From positions 7,254,001-7,318,000 of the forward strand of contig OX597832.1 in the NCBI GenBank assembly GCA_951406725.2: 64,000 nt of DNA, in the 5' to 3' direction. Below are positions 25,172-37,771 of the stretch, piece by piece (the first letter of the stretch is position 1; each line of letters begins with the position of its first letter). The translations under genes and the position numbers were made by a program. Below the pieces are notes generated by a model. That model was not told where the DNA came from and did no database searches. It saw only the letters and a list, made by a program, of their open reading frames with translations. Source of the stretch: Octopus vulgaris (lineage: Eukaryota).

Positions 25172-27034
25172 AATTTGGTGGGTGCCTGACAAAGAATGGA
25201 AGTACCTAAGAGTAAGATATGATGTTGAGTCATGAATCATCTGCAATACACTTATAATTTTCTTTTTCGTATTGACAAGAAAATTATTTGCTTGTTCATC
25301 ACAGGACAGTTTTTTGCCTCTGGTCTCTATGATGCAGTCTTGAATATGCAACATGAGTTTAGTTGTCATTACTCTCTCAATAACCTTGAGCACTCCATAT
25401 ATTAACTACTTGATCCAAAGAAAAGAAGAGCAACATTCTATATTTTTGTTTTTTGTTTTCCCTAAAACCCATTTGTTGACAGTCCATAGTAGACAAAATA
25501 ATGTCCCCGCATTCCCTTAATCTGCTGAAAGCCCTCAGTGGGTTATACTCCCTAATACACTTTCAGTCACATAAAATATAGTTAAGTGAATGCTGCTTTT
25601 CTTTGGACTAAATTAAAAAGCATAGCAGCCATGCTTCTGTGATTTTAACTACAGCTTAATTGGTGTTTTAAGTTCAAACCTGAAGCAAATGCTAAGTAGG
25701 AGATGGTTTCCAGTGATGCATGCATGACTGATTTTCTCATCAATAAGAAAAAACATTATAAATGGATTTACTGATAATGATTCGATCTTGTGTGTGTGTG
25801 TGTGTGTGTGTAAAATAACATTAGATGTGACAAAAGACTAATTGGTTAAAAGGGTTTATAGGTATGCGAATATGTTTGTGTAAAGAGAAAAATATAGAAG
25901 AAACTTGATCAAAATTGTTGATTAGGTTGGAAACAAAACAAGGAAAAAAAGAAGCAAAAGAAAAGAAAAACAAAACAAGACAAAACAGAAACCTTGATTA
26001 AAATGAGACAGAATGGTTTTGTTAATAAAACCTAATTATTTTTACCTTAACATACCTGTTTAATTTATTTGTTGTGTTTCTCTTTTTTCCTTCTGACATG
26101 GGCACATGTATTTCTCTTTTCTTCCTTTTACTTAGGTTTAACACTATTACTTGTACACTATTACTTGAATCCAGAGTTGATTCTATTGCAAATATTTGGG
26201 CCAAGTCCCTAATCTGAGAATAAATTATTCTCTTCCTCTCAACCCTCTCAGAAATCCTGAGGAAGGCCATAAACTCAGCCTTTCCTCCACTGATTGTTAA
26301 AAGTAAAAACATGGTCCATTTTTCATTTTACAAAGCCATTATTTTCTGTTTAAAAAAAATTTTTTTTTTTTTTACTTGTTTCAGTCATTTGACTGCAGCC
26401 ATGCTATTGGACTGCCTTAAAGGGTTTTTTAGTTGAAGAAATCAACCGCAGGACTTATTCTTTGTAAGCATAGTACTTATTCTATCGGTATCTTTTGCTG
26501 AACCGCTAAGATATGAGGGTGCAAACACACCAGCATCGGTTGTCAATCCATAGTGGGGGACAAACAAAGACACATTCATAAAGATGTGTGTTTGTATATA
26601 TATATATATATATATATATATGTAATATAAATAATATATAAATATATGCATATATACATACATATATGTACATACCTACATATATATGTATATATGCATG
26701 CATATATGGGTACAGTACATAAAAAAAACGTGTAACACAATGAGATGCGAAAACATAAAAACAAAACATAGAAACGAACTTTTTTTCAAATAACAAAAAA
26801 GAAACGGAGCACAAGACATACAACACAAGGAATATTCCCCTTCTTCAGTTGTCCCTGTTTCATCTACTCCACGTTTTGAAGGTAAGGACAAGACGCAACT
26901 TCGTTGAAACAGTCCTTCCCGCAAAGCAAATTAAATAAAATTTGGGATTTTTTGCGGAGGGTGAAAGTGGTAACAAGAACAGGAGAGTAAGAACAAAACA
27001 GTAAAAACAATAAAAAAGTAAAAACAGTAAAAGA

Positions 27035-29239
27035 CAGAACCGTTGCTAATATGATAGTATTGCCTACATGTAGAATTGATCCTCTTGATTCAGATGCTTT
27101 TATTGAAAAATTTCTGGATCCTAAACCAAATTTAGGCTACGGGTTCGAGAGAAAGATAGCAGAAGTGGTTATCAAGAAGATTGTAACAGCTACCTAAGAA
27201 AATAATATTTGCAAAAGAGCACAACGATTTCTACTCTGCCTTTATAAAGAACTCAAGCACTGTTTGCCAGAAAATATTAATATACTGAGGAATATCAAAT
27301 GCTTTTCAGTAGAGAATATTTTGCAGCATTTCAAAGAGCCAATTTTACCTGTCTTAGAAGCAATGCATTTAAATGAAGAAAAAATTGCTTCGATTGAAAT
27401 TCAGTTTAATAGCATTCATTTATGAGAGGTGTATGAAAAGTCTTGAGCCTCAAGAAAACAAAACAGAGTACAAGACTTCTGATGATATATTTTCAACATA
27501 GTCCCCCTCTATGGCTGAACACTTTGTCCAGCGCTGCTGAAGCGTCATTATCCCGGTGTAGAGGCACTCTTTTGTTTGCGACTCCAAGGAACTTCCCACA
27601 GCGTCTATGACTTCATTGTCACTGGCAAAATGGCGACCAGCCAGCGCTTTTTTCATTTTGGAAATAGAGGAAAGTCAGAGGGGGATAAGCCTGGCAAAAA
27701 TAATGGATGAGGAACAAGTTCGTATCCACAATCACGAATTGTTGCCATGGTTGGAGCATTGTGGTGATGAAAAAGGACTCCTCTGGTGAGCATTCCTGGC
27801 CTTTTTCTTTGATTGCTTCTCAGAGGTGTTTTAGTAACTGAGAATAATACAGCCTTGTCACAGTGTGACCCTTTTCAAGGTAATTGAACAGCAAGACACC
27901 TTGAGAATCCTAAAAAACTGACACCATAACGTTACCAGCCGAAGGAATGACCCTGGGGTAGGAAAAGATGTGTGCTTCCACTGCTTTGGTTTCAGGCTGG
28001 TAGTGATGAATCCAACTTTCGTCCATAGTAATGAAATGAGTAAGAAAATTCTCTTCATCAGCTTCAAACAGTTTCAGATTGCTCGTGGACAAAGTGCACC
28101 TGGTGCGTTTCTGTTCAGGTGTGAAAAGGCGAGAGGCCCACCTTGCAGAAACCTTGAGAACCCAAGTTCTTTTGTCACAATGTTTTCTACTCTTTCAGTT
28201 GAGATGCCCAGTCTCTCAGCTATCTGAAGACATGATATTCGACGATCTTGCATTATCATACCAAGAGCAAGGTCAATGTTGTCCTCAATGATTGCAGTTG
28301 GAGGTCTCTCTGGTCTGAGATCATCTTCCACACTCTCCCTGCCACGCTGGAATTCATTTACCCAGCTTTTGACTGTTGCAAATGAAGGAGCATTGTCTGT
28401 TAAGGTTCTCACCATATCTTCATGGATTTCTGATGGAGTCATGCCTTTCAAATGAAGGTACTTTATGACAGCACGATACTCAGTTTTCTCCATTGTAACC
28501 TTGACACTTGTTTATTCAAAATTCTGCAAAAAAAAAAAAACAAAAACAAAAAAAAAACTAAAGTACCAGAATCATGAAAATGAGCAAGAATACTCCAAAA
28601 AGACTGTACTTACCAGAAAAAATTGTTTCAGCTACCTAGCAGCCCCATTTCTAGGTTAGGCTCAAAACTTTTCATACAACCCTCATAGTTAAATGGACGA
28701 ATACATCTAATACTGAGGTATTCTGGCTGGAAGTTTTGGAATATAAAGATGCTGTTGAAGGAAATCCTTTTAGAGATGTTGCAAATTTTACCATCAATCT
28801 ATTGACATTTCCAAACTCAAATGCAGAAGTTGAATGGTTGCTCAGTTAGTATAGGTGTATTCAAATCAAAATTGAAAAGCAAACTGCATCTTCCTATGCT
28901 TAGATCAATACTACCTATAAAATATGGCCTGAAAAGATATGGCAAATGTTGCAAAGACTTCGCTTTTCCAAAACACATAATTATCAAGATAGGAACCTTG
29001 AATGTATATAGAAGTCATGACCTAGGACTGCAGCTGAAAGTGGTCAAATCAGTGAAATTCGAGAAATTATTTCTCAATGCTGAATATAATTAAAGAAAGT
29101 AAATAAAAATGTAAATAAAAATTGAACTTTTTGATATAATTAATCTTTAGCATTTTTTTTCTTATTTTTAAGCATTTTTTTTTGTATTTTTTTCTACTGA
29201 AATTTAGCATAAAATTGTGATTTTAAATTGGCAACGGTG
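27035..29239 (+). mobile_element. hAT-like transposon 3' half (decayed), split by a mariner
   Basis: Frame ..EIQFNSIH| resumes after the mariner as VKWTNTSNTEVFWLEVLEYKDAVEGNPFRDVANFTINLLTFPNSNAEVE (hAT C-terminal dimerisation-like); ends in TTGGCAACGGTG TIR-like end. Confidence 0.75.
27421..28687 (-). mobile_element. Full-length defective mariner (Tc1/mariner DD34D)
   Basis: TA-flanked TIRs TGAGAGGTGTATGAAAAGT / ACTTTTCATACAACCCTCA; MEKTEYRAVIKYL.., FITMDESWIHHYQPETK, RWTKCSAIEGDYVE; frameshifts and deletions. Confidence 0.92.
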
Positions 29240-29303
29240 TGAAATCCTTCAGTTATAGTTTAAACTCAAGGGACGCAACTTTGACATGCTAATTTAAAAA
29301 GCA

Positions 29304-30190
29304 AGTCCCATAAATGCGGTTTGCTTATACTTTTATTTTTCAAAATTAAGATAAACAAAGTTCTTTTGAAATCTAAAATATACTCTCCTTCATTTTCTAC
29401 AATCTTCTTCCTTCTATCTGGTAGACTTACAAGGACCCTCTTCCAAAATCTACTTGTTCGTGACGTAAAATACTCTTCCAGTACTGTTCTGATCTCGCCT
29501 ACAGAATTCATACTTTTCCGTCCAAATGATTTTGAAGACTGCAAAATAAATGATATTCAAATAAGGTAATCTCCGGCGAATATGGTGGGTGGGGCATCGT
29601 TTCCCATTCAAATTGCTCCAGCCCCCGGAATGTCATCCTCACTGTATGTGGCTGAGCATTATTCTTAAGAAAGAACAACATTTTTCTTCTAGCGCTTACT
29701 CGAATGACCAAATCCAAACTTCTCTGCTAGTTCTTCAACAGTTACGATGGGATTTTGTTCCACCAGGGTTTGTAGGACGTCCTCGGCGAGCTCTATTTAA
29801 TCTTCTAGGACGAGGCTCGTCTTCTAGGCTGTAGTTTTCAGCTCGGAATTTCTGGAACCACCGTTGACAGTGGCTTATGCTTATTATCTGATCTCCATAT
29901 ACGGCATTAATATTCCTCGCACTTTCCGTTGCGTTATTGCCTTTATTGAACTCATAAAGCAAAATATACCGAATATGCTACTTTGTCACTTCCATTATAA
30001 CTTGGAGAAAATAACATTTAAAATCGAACTGTACTCTTCAGAACTTGCACTAAGAATAAGTTCTAGGTAAAACTACTACCTGCTTTAATAGCAAGTTGAT
30101 GCAGGTAGTTTATCCCATCCCCCTCCGACTTTTACTTCATGCAATTGACCCTCCTCCACAAAAACGCATTATTTATGGGATGACCCAATA
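29304..30190 (-). mobile_element. Defective mariner
   Basis: MLYEFNKGNNATESARNI..WFQKFRA..LEDEPR, WETMPHPPYSPEI, RRKKIVENEGEYILD; TIR-like CCCATAAAT / ATTTATGGGATGACCCAATA. Confidence 0.88.
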
Positions 30191-30359
30191 TCTATACAGA
30201 GGACAGGCCACTCAGTTTCTGTCTACTAAATCCATACAGACGGTTTTGGTTAGCCTGAGGTTAATATAGAAGACACTTGCACAAGGGGCCACCAAGTAGT
30301 CCTGAGCCCAGTGGTTGGGAAACAAACTCGTGAAATTTGATTTGTCCATGTTAACCCTT

Positions 30360-30914
30360 TCTACTATTGGCGCAAGGTCTGAAATTTGGAGGAGAGGGCT
30401 ACCCGATTACATCTACCCCCAGTGCTCGGCTGTTACTTAATTTATCGACCCCGAAAGAATGAAAAGCAAAGTCGATTAGTACCTCTAGAATTAGGAGCTC
30501 CTGACATAGTATTTCCGCGAATAAATAATATAAGTTTTTGACTCTTACCTCCTTCTCTAATCTTATTATTATCATCAGCTGCAGTAGAAAGAGGTGTAGG
30601 AACCGGATGAACCGTTTATCCTCCCCTTTCAAGAAATTTCGGCGGCATTTGAACGAAGAACGCAACGACGGGCGAAATAACTATTTCTTTATTACCTACA
30701 AGGGGCTAAACATAGAGGGGACAAACAAGGACAGACATAGGTATTAAGTCGATTACATCGACTCCAGTGCGTAACTGGTACTTAATTTATCGATCCCGAA
30801 AGGATGAAAGGCAAAGTCGACCTCGGCGGAATTTGAACTCAGAACGTAACGACAGGCGAAATACGGCTACGCATTTCGCCCGGCGTGCTAATAATTCTGC
30901 TAGCTCGCCGCCTT
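30360..30914 (-). mobile_element. Family A SINE tandem/nested copies
   Basis: Full unit ~30682-30914 joined to a partial older unit. Confidence 0.8.
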
Positions 30915-31259
30915 GGTTTGTCCATCTTAGCCATCGGTTCTCAAGGTGAGCGCTACCGCTCCCCGGTGGGTGTTGAGACGATCCAGGTGGGCGCTGGTGT
31001 CTAAGGGGCCGGGGTGGGGGTGGGGTGGGCAGTAGAGAAAAAGGAGGCGTTGGGAGGAAGGCAGTGAATTGGGGGACGCTATGAATTTATTATATCATTA
31101 TAGTATTGTATACGAATTATATAATTAATATATTAAATATCAAATATTTATTTATACATAAAAATAGGGGTGGGGGCGCTGAGGGTATTATGCAGCCATG
31201 AGGGGGCACACACACACACACACACATACGCGCACACTCACACGGGAGCATACAAGTAC

Positions 31260-31566
31260 CCGCGGATTCATACATATTATTGAAATCTATTGTGTCAAAG
31301 AGATGCTGACCACAGCTACGGCTTTCGTGATAGCAGTGCAACGTGCACCCGTCATTCTCATCCCACGAAGGCGTTCTGGCTCTGACTATCTTATACCTTT
31401 TCCAGATATTCTTACGTACGACTAGTGATGGATTTGTGGTGAGGGTTATGCTGGGGGACGGCGTATCTTCCACTATTCGGCTCACGGTGGTGGGGTGGGG
31501 CCCTTTAGCATCTTGTCCCGCCTTCTTAACCTTAGCCGCTCGGTCTTCGATGCGCACCTCTAGTCC
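31260..31566 (-). CDS. Possible coding exon of an unidentified gene
   Basis: Unique GC-richer sequence, open for 102 codons (GLEVRIEDRAAKVKK...TPSWDENDGCTLHCYHESRSCGQHLFDTIDFNNMYESA), bounded by TAG| and |GTACTT; both splice sites weak, no family recognised. Confidence 0.3.
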
Positions 31567-32351
31567 CTAACGTTCATTTCCATCTCTGTTGAGGACTACT
31601 TTATTCAGTGTTTTTTTTTATATTTCAAGATGGTACAGTATTATCCGAGGGAGATTTGACTGCTATTTCTAGCATATGGAGCAAACACCGAGACAGCTTT
31701 ATTGGTGCAAAGGTAGACGTCTAAGGGAGGTAATTCTGTTCGAATATGCATCGGTTTAAAATAACACTTGCTATTGTTGCAACAAAATCATAGCATACTT
31801 CAATGCACCAACCAGGCGCCCTCTGAGTAGTCGCTCTGCCTACTAGAAATAGTAACCAAATCTCCCACCCAGAAATGACGCTATCATTTTAAGAAGAGAA
31901 TTAACCTTGGATAATGTAGTACGGAATAAACTATGCCAGAAATTAGAAAAAGAAAAAAAAATATGGTTATGGCCTGAATAACGTTGACCACGGGTCTACT
32001 AAGTTAGGCCTATAAAAAATGGCTTGATCGAAGCTGATCTGGGAGAAACACCAATTACAATCATTGATTAGCAACTACATATAATCACCCCAGGGATCTA
32101 CTATTTCAAAACTACTGTTAATCTTGTGGGTTATACTTATTTTATTCCCACTTAATGGTCTATTCATTTTTGTCCCTTAAAAAAAATTTTTTTAGCTTAC
32201 TTTAAAACACTTCTTCGTATCGAATAAATAAGTTGATTGCTTTCGATCTTTACTTGCTTTTATCAGTTCGGCCCTCCCCCCACCTACAAAAATAATATTA
32301 AGACTGTACCACTACTGGTAAAAGAAGAGCATAAATTGGAAATAAAGAATT

Positions 32352-32754
32352 ACTTTTACTCTTTTACTTGTTTCAGTCATCCGACTGTAGCCATGCTGGA
32401 GCACCGCTTTTAGTCGAGCAAATCGACCCCAGGACGTATTCTTTGTAAGCTTGATACGTATTCTATCGGCCTCTTTTGCCAAGCCGCTAAGTTACGGGGA
32501 CGTAAACACACCAGCATCGGTTGTCAAGCGATGTTAGGGGGAGGGGGCACAAACAGAGACACACAAACATACACACACACACACATATACATGACGGGCT
32601 TCTTTTTAGTTCCTGTCTACCAAATCTACTCACAAGGCTTTGGTCGGCCCAAGGCTACAGTAGAAGACACTTGCCCAAGATGCCACGCAGTGGGACTGAA
32701 CTCGGAACCATGTGGTTGGTAAGCAAGCTACTTACCACACAGCCACTCCTACGC
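32352..32754 (-). mobile_element. tRNA-derived SINE family B, full length
   Basis: Tail, body and tRNA-like head colinear with the other copies. Confidence 0.9.
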
Positions 32755-32969
32755 CAATTGATTAAACAATTCAAAACCATTTCGCTGTTTTTTGCCGATG
32801 ACTAATCAGTGGAACAGGAACTGCATGGTGTGGTGTCATATATGTAATATAATTGAATTAATAATAATAAAAAAAAAAAGCTTCCACCTCTTAAGATTAC
32901 CCAAGGAATTAGTAGATAAATAATCATTGGGAGTATTTAAACAGCATAGAAACTAGGAAGGGAGATAAC

Positions 32970-33097
32970 TACAGGGTATCCACAAAGCCTGGGTACATAG
33001 GGATTAACACATACTTTAAAAAATTATTTCTTACATTTAATTCTTTATGTTATGATTTTATTTACTCCACGTACCCAGACTTTGTGGACACCCTGTA
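32970..33097. mobile_element. Small Tc1/mariner-type MITE
   Basis: TA-CAGGGTATCCACAAAGCCTGGGTAC ... GTACCCAGACTTTGTGGACACCCTG-TA. Confidence 0.85.
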
Positions 33098-33364
33098 TAA
33101 TAAAGAAGAGATTAATTTATCAGATGATGCAGACACGCAAATAAGTTCGGACCAAAGGAAAGACTTCACATGTAGTTGCTCGACCCTTCTAGAAATAACA
33201 CCCGAATCTAGCGCAAAGTGCAGCATAACTTCTTGAAAGGGGGAGAAAATATTGGGTAGCATATCGCAGGAAAAAAAGGGACTGCAAAGGTGCGGATGAA
33301 AACACCTGTGATCAAACAGACTCTTTCGATTACATGCGATTTTAAGCTTATATGTTTGTGTGTG

Positions 33365-33465
<101 letters not shown>

Positions 33466-33582
33466 ACGAGAGAGAGAGAGAGAGTACTTCATGCGATCAC
33501 TTCATCTGTTAGAAATTACAGTAGCAAAGCTTCTCGCAAATTTACATCCTACCATCTTCAAAAACTGATACAGTAGACAAAT

Positions 33583-33818
33583 AAGGTGGTGAGCTGGCAG
33601 AAACGTTAGCACGCCGGGCGAAATGCTTAGCAGTATTTCGTCTGTCTTTACGTTCTGAGTTCAAATTCCGCCGACGTCGACTTTGCCTTTCATCCTTTCG
33701 GGGTCGATAAATTAAGTACCAGTTACGCACTGGGGTCGATGTAATCGACTTAATCCGTTTGTCTGTTCTTGTCTGTCTCCTCTATGTTTAGCTCCTTGTG
33801 GGCAATAAAGAAATAAGA
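33583..33818 (+). mobile_element. Family A SINE, young full-length copy
   Basis: Perfect TSD GATACAGTAGACAAATAA (33567-33584 / 33817-33834). Confidence 0.92.
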
Positions 33819-34412
33819 TACAGTAGACAAATAAAATCCCCGATTCGCTGTCTGAGATAAAAATTGGAACAGCTTTGAATATAGTTATGATATGGGATGG
33901 ATTTACGAAAGAGTTAGAGAGGTAGACAAAATATATTACTACATTTAATTAATAATAGTTATGAGATGCCATCCTCTTATCTTATTATATGTTGGTTGTA
34001 AGATAATGTTTCAAGACGATCTCCGACAAACATTTCCCGTCTGAATTGGCAGTACTATTTTTAGAACCCATTCTTTCTTTTTGGAAAAGAGTGACGAGAT
34101 GTTTTTAATGGGCAACAAAATAATAAAAGGCCCTTATATTTTCCATATAAATGAAGAAAAAAATCCCGGGTTAAGAATAACAAAAAAATAAGAGAAAGGG
34201 AAAGCAGTTATGTTATATTAGTATATTTTGTAGACGGAGTATTAAAAAGATAAAGGTGAATTAAAAATACTAGTGGTAATGGTTGAGAGAGGAAAACAAT
34301 ATTAGTCAATAACTAAAATATTAATTTTCCAGGGTCCCAGTCAATACGGGGAGATAACTCCATACATTAGCTGGTTGTTTTTGGCTAGTGGCAAACACAA
34401 TAGCCTTGGCTG

Positions 34413-35114
34413 TTTCCTCTTCTTCTTCTTCTTCTTCTTCTTCTTCTTCTTCTTCTTCTTCTTTTTCTCCTCCTCCTCCCCTCTTCTTCTTCTTCTTTTT
34501 CTCCTCCGCCTCCTCTTCTTATTTTCTCCCCCCCCCCTCTTCTTCTTCTTCGTCTTTTTCTCCTCCCCCCTCCCCCCTCTTCTTTTTCTCCTCCTCCCAT
34601 CTCCCTCTTCTTCTTCTTCTTCTTTTTGTCCTCCTCCTCCTCCTCCTCCTCCCTCTCCTCCACCTCCTTCTCCCCCTTCTTCTTCTTCGTCTTTTTCTCC
34701 TCCCCCTCCCCCTCTTCTTTTTCTCCTCCTCCCCTCTCCCTCTTCTTCTTCTTCTCTTCCTCCTCCTTCTCCTCCTCTTCCTCCTCCTCCTTCTCCTCCT
34801 CTTCCTCCTCCTCCTTCTCCTCCTCTTCCTCCTCCTCCTTCTCCTCCTCCCCTTCTTCTTCTCCACCTCCTCCTCCTTCTCCTCCTTCTCCTCCTCCTTC
34901 TTCTTCTCCACCTCCTCCTCCTCCTTCTCCTCCTTCTCCTCCTCCTTCTTCTTCTCCACCTCCTCCTCCTCCTTCTCCTCCTTCTCCTCCTCCTTCTTCT
35001 TCTCCACCTCCTCCTCCTCCTCCTTCTCCTCCACCTCCTTCTCCTCCTCTTCCTCCTCCTCCTCCTCCTCCTCCTCCTTCTTCTTCTTCTTCTTCTTCTG
35101 CTTCTTCTTCTTCT
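34413..35114. repeat. ~700-bp polypyrimidine (CTT/CCT)n tract
   Basis: Direct reading; internal higher-order repeats such as CTTCTTCTCCACCTCCTCC. Confidence 0.97.
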
Positions 35115-35629
35115 GTTGGGTGTTGTTGAATATGGATGCAAAATTATTCTAATACATAATCATTTCTACTCTGAAAATAAAAAAAAAAGAAAGAAAGAAA
35201 GGAAATATAGTCGCTAGAAGGAAGATGTTATGTGATGAGGATTAAGACAAAATACTAAATATCTTGTAATTTGATTGGACATTTTTCTCAATGCAAATGA
35301 ACCAAAGATAGTCTCATTGAAACCTATAACAGGGGACGCAACTATTATTCACTACTTGTAATAGAAAATAATGAAACAAGTTTTGGAAAGAAAATGTAGG
35401 AAACTGATATATCACAATGACAAACAAAGTGAATTTTCTCTTAAATAAGAGAACGTCAGAACAGTTTTTTGTAAATTAACATTAATATATCTATTGTTAA
35501 CGTTGTTTAGCTTCATATCAGCCCTTGCTGAACAGAACTACGAACAAAAACGTTCTAGCTGGGACCATCCTGCCAGTGTTCTTCGTTTTTGGACAGTAGG
35601 GTGTGATTTTGGGGAAATTTAGTTATATT

Positions 35630-36048
35630 TCTTATTTATTTATTGCCCACAAGGGACTAAAATTAGAAGGGACAAACAAGGACAGACGAAGGGATTGAGT
35701 CGATTATATCGACTCCAGTGCATGACTGGTACTTAATTTATCGACCCCGAAAGGATGAAAGGCAAAGTCGACCTCGGCGAAATTTGAACTCAGAACGTAA
35801 TGGCAGACGAAATACCTATTTCTTTACTACCCACAAGGGGCTAAACACAGAGGGGACAAACAAGGACAGACAAAAGGATTAAGTCGATTACATCGACCCC
35901 AGTGCGTAACTGGTACTTATTTAAGCGACCCCGAAAGGATAAAAGGCAAAGTCGACCTCGACGGAATTTGAACTCAGAACGTAAAGACATGAAATACTGC
36001 TCAGCATTTCGCCCGGCGTGCTAACGTTTCTGCCAGCTCGCCGCCTTA
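35630..36048 (-). mobile_element. Family A SINE dimer
   Basis: Full unit followed by a head-less unit, junction near 35815. Confidence 0.85.
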
Positions 36049-36215
36049 TTTAGCTATATTTCTAGCAGTTCGAGCGACTACATTGAACATACCTTGTTTG
36101 TTCATAATCTATTGGTCTCCAACATTAAAAGAAAAAAACCCCACATTTTTGGGGTGAGGGTGGTAGGGACAAGTGATAGAGCACAGCTAATTAAATTCTT
36201 TGTTGTATTTAAGTG

Positions 36216-37720
36216 CACAAGCATACATCCACGTTATGGAAGAATTGCGCTCCTGAAAATCATGTTGGAATTTGGAGTCTCGTAAAGTGAAATCTATTTT
36301 GCCATTGACTTCCCATGATACATGGAAATCATTTGAAAAATACATTTTGCCGAATTCCACCTTATGGCAAGATTTTTATGAACGCAGTGCTTCCGTTATG
36401 CAGAAGATGTTCTTTTTACATTTAGGGTAAAACACTTGTCTCCTGAGGTACTTCTGTACTCCGTCCGAATGCAGGAGTCGATGTCTTATCAGGCGGCGCC
36501 TTCTACAGTGACACCAGAGTTTCCCGGAGCCACTTACCGATGTAGTTGACAAAATTCCCGCATAACAGCATGAGTTTTGTTGAGTCAGATGTTGCCACTC
36601 TGGGCCGGATGTTTCTATCATCCTCAATGTTGGTTCTTGCTGTACCATTCATCCTTTCTCTGGAGCCAGATATAATAGCCTGCTTTCTCAGCAGCTTCTA
36701 ACAATTTTCTGGTGACATCTTTTGTCTCCTTCGCTGCTGGTCCAAGACTCCCGAACCATAGTTCCAATAAATCCTTAACTACCTATCTCTACGAGAAGGC
36801 ATATTGCTTCACTTCCACAGAGTTCAACTCATGTATTTTCTTATTTTCCCGAGAAAAGCGTCTTTGATGTTCATTTTCCAGGGAATTGTCATATTTACAA
36901 TCTTTAGCTTCTTTCTTTGCAGCACACGACGAGGTCGGATCTTTTCGTTGTAAAAAGTGGAAAGTGGTATTTACCATCAAAGTCAACTGCCAAAGAACTT
37001 GTAGGATTGTTATCTATCTATGTGTGATCTCTGCACTTGTTGGGTGCTTCACACATTTCCCTACAATGTTGTAGAAAGGAATGAAACAGCAGGAACATGA
37101 ATCTCTGAACAAATAACAATAATAGTTTATTTTTCACCGAAGTAGATATTTCATCGCTGGACATCGGTAGCGTGAACGCCAGGGGTAGGAAACAGCAGAG
37201 TCGGACTAAATCTCCATGGTTGAAACAGTCTTCACCGCCCGCCGGGTCTGGTTCGCCTCCGCTCGGAGCCTTGTCGGGTCACGTCTTAATTCGTCGACCA
37301 CCAAAAGCCAAGAGAGTCGAATAGCAAGAAAAGCTAACTGCTGCTGATTACTGCACATGCGCAGTAATTCTGACTGACCTACCGGAAGACACTACCGGAT
37401 GAACATCCCAAAATGGCGTCTAAAACCTGGCGAGTCTCCTCCCATTTTGGATCATTCTTCTTCTTTACAATTGCTGGCTTACAGCCTTCATCTTCTCCTC
37501 AAAACTTTGTCTTTCCATGCTCCCCTACTTGTGGTCTTTCGCCGTTGTCAATTGGCCACGTTTAACTGCTCTGAGTTTTTCCCCCGTTTTCTGCACAATG
37601 AATTTTCTTGATGTGTCAAGATTTGCTGAATTTTTAGTGAGTGAATGTCGATGTATCTAGAGGTTATCGAGTCAAGAAGTATCTGTCATGGCTTGAAGAG
37701 CTATTTCAAACAGTAGGAGA
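36216..37720 (-). mobile_element. Decayed RLE-type non-LTR retrotransposon 3' end (HERO-like)
   Basis: Across frameshifts: LAVDFDGKYHFP..TKRSDLVV, MTIPWKMNIKDAF..KY, VEIGS.GFIG, LLEAAEKAGYYIWLQRKDEW, matching recalled HERO motifs RPD..ELTVPWE..VEVGCRGF..AAERAS.WLWL.R; putative 3'UTR ~36216-36620. Confidence 0.7.
37070..37469. mobile_element. 400-bp insertion, candidate solo LTR
   Basis: TG..CA ends with imperfect inverted termini TGTAGAAAGGAATGA / TCATTCTTCTTCTTTACA; GC/CpG-rich; interrupts the HERO-like frame; TSD unclear. Confidence 0.45.
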
Positions 37721-37771
37721 TCAGATATGTTGAGATTATTGGTTACATTAATATAAAAAAAAATGGATTCC

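Noticed and set aside
23927-25235. ORFs of 290-490 aa on both strands
   Set aside because: Translations of (TA/TG)n microsatellite, which lacks stop codons
26830-26890. Possible permuted hammerhead on the minus strand (CTGAAGA plus AAAACGTG)
   Set aside because: GAAA is mutated, the cleavage triplet would end in G and helix I cannot be drawn
34341-35217. Poly-R/E/S/P/L ORFs
   Set aside because: Products of the CTT/CCT tract, open in most frames
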